From Octopus vulgaris (taxonomy: Eukaryota): a stretch of DNA of 64,000 bases. Shown here in pieces: positions 56,806 through 64,000 of this stretch; the first letter of the stretch is position 1, and each line of letters opens with the position of its first letter. The position numbers were made by a program, and so were the translations under genes. The DNA lies in assembly GCA_951406725.2 (NCBI GenBank), contig OX597825.1, positions 77,314,001 through 77,378,000 of the forward strand, in the 5' to 3' direction. The notes below the pieces were generated by a model that was given only the letters and a program-made list of their open reading frames with translations, was not told where the DNA came from and ran no database searches.

Positions 56806-58073
56806 AATAAAATCTTTTTGAAATGAAAGTTATTTCGGATTGTGTTCTTCGACTTCGGAGTTCCATTTTCTAAAATCTAAGGCAAGATTGTCATGGTTGG
56901 AATATTTCCGATCCCAAGTCAATATGATCTGCATAAATATATAATGCTGTATGAAGGAGATATTGGAAATAAATAAAAACAAATAAGCGAACAAAATAAA
57001 TAGAAATATGAAAAAATCGTAACCTACTCGAAAAAAATAATTTTTCATATTTGACAAATATTTTCGGAATTTCTAAACTGAAAAAGCAATCCAAATGTCA
57101 ACAAGTATTCATTTTAAATATACTGTAAGATAAAAAAAATGGCGACGGATTTTTGTTAAAAGTAAACATTCCTGACAACAGAATTACATCGCTAGATCTC
57201 TCTCTGCGTGTATATGTTTGTGTGTTTGTGTGTGTGTGTGTGTGTATTTGTGTATGTGTGTATATGTGTTTAATATGTTATATATAATATTGTATATAAA
57301 TATGCATTTATACATATATACATATATTTGTAACTATGTAAATATATATGTATATATCCATATAGTGTATGCTTGCATATGCCTTAATGTATTTGTGCGT
57401 GTGTGCATGCGTGCGTGTACGTATATGTAGACATGTCAATAATTCCAAGGCAAAGAGCATTTTTGTTTGGTGAAAAGGCATTAGCTAAGACAAAATAGAA
57501 AATAACGTTATTCATCACCTGCCTTATAGAATAAAAATCTGGACGTAAATTCACCAGCTTGGCGTATATGGCCACAACGAGTGAAAGCATTTTATTAATC
57601 GATTTAAGAAGAATGTAAATATAAATTCATAAGTTCAAATACATAAATGTAATTCATAAATGTAAATATATAAATATATATATATATATAACTGGATAAT
57701 TCTCGACGGGCACATAACTCATATTTAAAAGATGAACACAACAAACCTAAGACGCAGAGGACAAAAAAAAATAAGCTTAAAACTAGTCAATACTAAAAGT
57801 TTGGTAGATATTCAAGTGAAGCGAATTTTGCGAATTAGAGGCAAAGTAAAAATCTGTTAAACGAAAATACATTGGTTAAACGCAAAGACATGAATAAAAT
57901 ATGAAAACCTGACAAAAAGTTTGAATGTAAGGAACCAAAGTTTAGTATATTTTATAGAAATAATGTGGAATTTCTATATAGGTTAACGAATAATTGTTCG
58001 CCGCAAGCAGTATTTATAGAATACATTACATTGCTATAGTGTTGTGTCCGCTATAATATCAGTAATATATTTA

Positions 58074-58304
58074 GGGCGGCGAGCTGGTAGAATCGTTAGC
58101 GCGTCGGGCGAAATGCCTAGCGGTATTTCGTCTGCTGTTACGATCTGGGTTCAAATTCCGCCGAGGTCTACTTTGCCTTTCATCATTCGAGATCGATTAA
58201 ATAAGTACCAGTTATGCACTGGTATCGATGTAATGGACTTAACCCCTCTGTCTGCCCTTCTTCATCCCCTCTATGTTTAGACCCCTGTGAGCAATAAAGA
58301 AATG
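58074..58304 (+). mobile_element. Full-length monomeric Meta-SINE (tail B)
   Basis: 19-bp TSD AATATCAGTAATATATTTA at 58055-58073 and 58305-58323; head gggcggcgagctggtagaatcgttagc. Confidence 0.93.
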
Positions 58305-58649
58305 AATATCAGTAATATATTTAACGTGCGTACTTTGCTGAACTTTTAACGATCGATGAAAACAAAGAAGAAAAAAGAAAAGAAAAGCGGGCAAAATATC
58401 TAGCTTCGTTTTGTTTCTTTGTTTCGTGGACAGTCATGCTGACGATTTCGAATAAGAATGAAATCGCTCTATGTATGATTATCTGTGTCAAGAAAACAGA
58501 TTCTGATTTGTTAATAGACAAGGGAAAAAAAGGAAGATCTGGCGTTTTAACAGAAAAGACTGGATATGTTTTTGCTCTCAATGATGTATTTTTCAGGTTA
58601 TAGAAACTTATAAAAATTTTAAATTAGGAGATAAACTTTCTTTGCACAC

Positions 58650-59010
58650 TGGTCAGGCTGATAACCACTCCGAATACTTGTAGGTCAGTCTCAGTAGAAA
58701 AAAATTTGAGAGGGGATGGAATCCATGTCAGTTTTTGGAAGGAAGGAAAATATCTTCTGTGAGATTAAAACCACTGAAAAGAAGGCAAAAATAGAGACCG
58801 GTGGAGTAGGGGTTTGGCTGATGTTTCAGAAGAGCAGAATCTTAGCAAATAGCTAAATGAGGGGGCAGCAGGCATCTTAGCGCTTGTGGTTTCAGTGTAC
58901 CAAAGAATGGGAAGATTAGTTTCCTTTTGAATAAACACTAGGACATTTCCGTATGTAAACCACTTCCCTAAAGATCCGGCATGAAGTCTAATGCAATGGA
59001 AGTCACCATA
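58650..59010 (-). pseudogene. Degenerate 3' end of a CR1-group LINE ORF2
   Basis: Minus-strand reading (allowing a small indel in the T run) FLPKTDMDSIPSQIFSTETDLQVFGVVI resembles FFPRTxxLWNSLPxxxFPxxxDLQxFK; upstream CSSE motif. Confidence 0.4.
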
Positions 59011-59500
59011 TTACATAACAAAATTCAGAAATTCAAGAGTTTATTTAAAACAGAAAAAAATATTTAAGCCACTGATAAACAAGCATGAATTATAGCTTCA
59101 TGAAGAGACAGCGGTTAAAGGCAATGATTAAACGGGAAAAAAACCATTATGTAGAAGAAAATAATTATAACTTTACATGAAATTTTAATGCCTTCTTCAC
59201 CTCCTTACTACAATCAGCATCGATCTATATTGTAACCATGTAAGTATACTATTCAAACCTATATACAATCACACACGCGCACACACACACAAAGACATAC
59301 ATATACACGCATACTCGCTCGTACATAGACGCTTGCCCATACACACAAAAACAATTAGATTGAGGGAAAATAATTTTACACAAATTTATTCAACAAACTC
59401 AACTGAGAGAGAGTTTTCATTCTCTAATGAATAGCCTTACTTGTAATACCTATAATGTATCTAAATATATGTGTATTACACTAAAACGCACTCACATGTA

Positions 59501-59545
<45 letters not shown>

Positions 59546-59695
59546 ATAATTGCCGTTGCAATGGTGAACCGGATTTTTTTTTTTCTATTTATCGTTATCT
59601 ATCTGCTTTTACCTCCCTCATTATCTCACTTTATCGCTCTGTCTTTCTTCCCTTTCTATCTCTTTCTTCTCTCCACTATCTCTCTCTCTTCCCCC

Positions 59696-59746
<51 letters not shown>

Positions 59747-60423
59747 GCATGACTCTAACAAAATGACAATTATCTATTTTAGCAGCATGTTTCTTTTATT
59801 CTGTTCCATTATGTCTGTAATCTGCAACGCGATTCATTCTTTCTTTCATCTGCATATATGTGTGTGTGTGTGTGTTTGTAGACATACACACACACATATT
59901 TACATATACGTATCCACATATATATATATGTATATAAATATATATACATATATATATAATGGTATATGTACATATGTATGCACTATAATGCATGCTTCAT
60001 CGTCTACTGGGTTTCATGCTTTCTTTAGAAGATATACATTTTACCTCTGAATATAGCTTTCTTTCTGAATTCCATTCTCGAATCGGGAATCAGCATAATA
60101 ATTGATATTGATTTTGAGAGATAAATAATTTTTCGGATAATTGCTTTGATTACTATCTAGAATTAGAGCGGTAAAGTAGCACATAGGCTTCTATCGAATA
60201 ACATATATCTTATTTTATTAAGATTCGTTCATTTCAAATACTCTAGTTCAGTATCTGTAACTGTTGAAGGATCCTCGACTGAACCGGAGAGCCTATATAT
60301 AATCCCTAGAATTGCTAGATGTAGCCACCAAATAGCCTCCTAACTGCTTTATTTTGATGTTACAAGGTTTAGATGGGCAATAGTATACGAAAAGATTCTT
60401 AAAATATGAAAGAATTTTTTATA

Positions 60424-60674
60424 TTTTACTTGTTTCGGTCGTTGTTCTGCGGTTACATTGGGATTTCACCTTATAGTGTTTTAAGTCGAACGAATCGACG
60501 CAGAGATTTTTTATCTGTCGGTCTCTGTGTGCGAACCGTTCATTTACGCGGATGTAAACAAGGCAACATCGGCTGTCGAACGGTGTTGAGTGAGAAACAC
60601 AAACACGAAAATACATAGATATATATGTATATATATTCATGTATGCATATACATACATATATATATATATATGC

Positions 60675-60737
<63 letters not shown>

Positions 60738-60970
60738 TATATATATTATTATATATATGCACGAACATATAATTATATACACATATATGTATATATATGT
60801 ATGCGTGTGTTTACGACAAGGTTCTTTCAGTTTCCGCCTTCAAAATAGGCTCACAAGGCTTTGGTCGCCCCGGAACTGTAGTAAAAGACACTTCTCCAAG
60901 GTACCACGCAGCAAGACTGAAACCATATCCGTGTGACTTGGAGAGAAATTCTTTTACCAAAGAGCCGCAT
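60424..60970 (-). mobile_element. Old SINE family A copy
   Basis: 3' half at 60424-60600, expanded (TA)n, 5' half at 60812-60970. Confidence 0.75.
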
Positions 60971-61345
60971 CTATGCTAATTTCGTCGTCCCAATTTTATA
61001 CACAGAATAAAAACATCGTTGAACATTAATTAAAATTAAAATTTTTGCTAGCAAAATAAATAATCTTGTATTTTATTAACAATGGAAAATGAATTCCGAA
61101 GCAAAAGTTAAAATTCATATTAAAATAATTGTCTACATATACAAAGAAAAAAGAAATCGAATTTGATTTTGAAATAGAATCCCAACATGAAAAAAAAAAA
61201 AACCATTTTAAATTAGTTGAAAGAATAACAATGTTCTGAAGGAAGAAATTTGTAATGCGTCTTAGATAAACAAGCATTTAATGACTCAGATATTAATGGA
61301 CAGCACGTTTAGCTCTCGCTTCAGTATACACACACAAACACACTC

Positions 61346-61405
<60 letters not shown>

Positions 61406-61967
61406 GTACACAGAATGATAGGTTTGTTATTTCTGTAGTGTTGATGTCCTCTTCGATTAATCGATAACTTCCTTTCTTAATTACTCCTTTCTCAACGTTT
61501 ATGAAGATTTCCAAATCAAAAGACGAAATGATACGTTTCGGCATTTCTGTTTCTCAATGAAATGTTATGAAATGTGTTTATTAGAATTTTATTTAGAAAT
61601 AAAACGCAAGATGATGCATTTGGCTTGATAAAAATTTATACCGATGTGTTTGGTCGCGATGTAATTAACTTGCGATAGAATCACCAATCGGTGCAATTAT
61701 AGGCGATGATTTGGGTCATATAATGACGTAATATTCTTGATTATAATTTGAAATACACAAAAAGACGTTAAACAACAAGTTTTTCCTTCTCGTGATATCA
61801 TTTCCATGGTTCCCGAAATTCCATCTTTATTCTAGATTACAGATTGCCTGTCCAGACACGTGGAGACGTTGCTATCATTGCATTCTAATGCTAGTTTCGA
61901 GCATCTGGTGGAATGTGATAGTGATAATTCTTCATATTAGCAAATCAGAATTTTTACAAAACTATCG

Positions 61968-62210
61968 AACATTTAACGGTGAGACAGACACAGAATCATT
62001 GTGGTGCCAAGATGAATTCTTTGCAGAATCTGTCATAACCTCTTTAATTTCTGTGTCTGGATCTCACTTCGGTTCACGTTACCTTTCCTTCCAGCACTGC
62101 TCGACAAATAAAATATCAGTTACACGCTGATAATAATGTGCGCGTATATATATACAAGCAAAACGCCCCCGTCCAATGGACGGTGCTGAGTTGTCAAACA
62201 TTTAAACCAA
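61968..62210. repeat. Direct repeat copy 1 (243 bp)
   Basis: Matches 62972-63228 except for a 14-bp indel and scattered substitutions. Confidence 0.9.
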
Positions 62211-62669
62211 GTATTTGTTAAGCTTGAGCACGACAAAAATACTCTAGATACTGGTCAAAACAATGAGCCAATGCAGAATTCTGGTACCCTATAGAATTGA
62301 AGTATCTAATGGTCTTGGTCAAGAGAGAAGAACTTAAGAAAAGGGTATTTAAAGCTTCTCTGCGACTGGCCATATCGATCTGGACAGTATTCAAATTTCG
62401 AAGAATTCCGAAAAAATGTTTTTATTTTTTCTTGTGTTTCTCACATTTGATTGCGACCATTCTGGTGTGTCGCCTCAAAGAGTTTGGTCGATCAAATTGA
62501 CCTGAAAATTCTTGTAAGTCTGTTATGCATTCTACGTTTCCCTGTCTATTTTTGACTGGACTATCAAGTTACGGGAATGTAAACAAACCAAGACCTTAGA
62601 CACGCACATACACACACAAACACAAACATTATGTGTATATATATGTGTGTGTAGTAAAAAAAAACAGTA

Positions 62670-62912
62670 AAGTTCCTTCCGGAGTCATTTAGACTCACAG
62701 GACCGGTTTCCTGGTTTCGATGTCATATATATGTCCCATTGCACACGATGCAAATCCGTCGCAGGATTACTCAAGTTTGCTAGATGAGAGGCTTGGAGCA
62801 ACGTGAAATGAACTGTTCTGATGAGGAACACAACACGTCGGCCGGTCGAGAAATCGAAAGCACAATCTTACAATCATGATTCACTCAAACCACTAAGCCA
62901 CGCGCCTCCACC
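62670..62912 (-). mobile_element. SINE family C copy
   Basis: Minus-strand head gtggaggcgcgtggcttagtgg; body catttcacgttgctcc...gtaatcctgcgacgga. Confidence 0.75.
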
Positions 62913-62971
62913 ATATATATGCGTAATGGGCTCTCTTCATTTCACCGTTGTTATATCTTTTTTAATAGTAT

Positions 62972-63519
62972 AACATTTAACGGTGAGACAGACACAGAAA
63001 CATTGTGGTGCCAAGATGAATTCTTTGCAGAATCTATCTTAGCCTCTTTAAGTTATGTGTTTGGATCCCACTCCGGTTCACGTTACCTTTCCTTCCAGCA
63101 CTGGTCGACAAATAAAATACCAGTTACACGCTGAGGTCATTCTGTCGATAATAATGTGCGCGTATATATATACGAGAAAAACGCCCCCGTCCAATGGACG
63201 GTGCTGAGTTGTCAAACATTTAAACCAAATTTTCTCAAAGCAACTTGTCCGACCGTCCCATAGACCTCCCTTTTGATAAACACTGATTTAACTTTTGGTT
63301 GAGATACCACCAAAAGAAGAAATAAAATAGACTTTTTTTCTATTCCAAAGAAAAACGATTTCCCATGGCTTTATCGATCGCATTCTCACCTGGAATCGAT
63401 TTTTGGAATTTTTTCAAGACTTATACACGTCCTATCTATATATCAAATTTGAGCGCAATCGGATGGAGGATGCCAGAGATCCTAGAAGCCTCCCACACAC
63501 AGGCAGACAGAACGGATTT

Positions 63520-63532
<13 letters not shown>
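62972..63532 (-). mobile_element. 5' part of a non-autonomous Helitron, containing direct repeat copy 2
   Basis: Minus-strand start tattatataaaatccgttctgtctgcctgtgtgt...ccgattgcgctcaaatttgata has the same architecture as the 5' end of the Helitron at 21784. No 3' CTAG end located. Confidence 0.55.
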
Positions 63533-63567
<35 letters not shown>

Positions 63568-63641
63568 TGTGAAAAGCACATACTTTAGATAGAAAGACAG
63601 AGGAATTCATACATACATAGATAAATAAATGAATATATATA

Positions 63642-63688
<47 letters not shown>

Positions 63689-63692
63689 ACAA

Positions 63693-63801
<109 letters not shown>

Positions 63802-64000
63802 CGCATAAAACCTGGATTTTCCGAAACTAGAAACTCTGTTTTAAAGAGGCAGTCAATTTGATAAATACATAAATACCACGTTATCAATCATACTCGCTAT
63901 AAGTACATATTGTATAATAACATATCATCTATTATTAAGAACAAATTAAGTGGAAAATATACTATAAAATTAACTTCGCTTGAATCATGTAAATAATACA

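Noticed and set aside
61792-63134. Two similar ORFs (TFNGETDTE..WCQDEFFAES) suggesting duplicated exons
   Set aside because: The sequence derives from a decayed SINE inside a repeat, with no splice sites or protein family motif.

Overview
AT-rich, microsatellite-saturated animal genomic DNA. The repeat families (tRNA-derived SINEs, RTE LINE with a (GAT)n tail) indicate a coleoid cephalopod, very probably Octopus. Almost all ORFs in the track are microsatellite artefacts. The only convincing host coding sequence is two 110-bp + strand exons (37439-37548 and 48727-48836), neither reported in its correct reading frame by the ORF track. Both encode the same segment (the exon-4 / loop A region) of a nicotinic acetylcholine receptor subunit and share only 19 of 37 residues, so they look like mutually exclusive alternative exons, one with the loop A Tyr and one with Phe. 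The rest is probably giant intron filled with SINEs, LINE relics (RTE, R4/Dong-like, CR1-like), a DD36E Tc1-type transposon, hAT/Tigger MITEs, Helitron derivatives and Penelope-type inverted repeats with minimal hammerhead-like motifs. One of these motifs has an apparent G3:C8 core swap.
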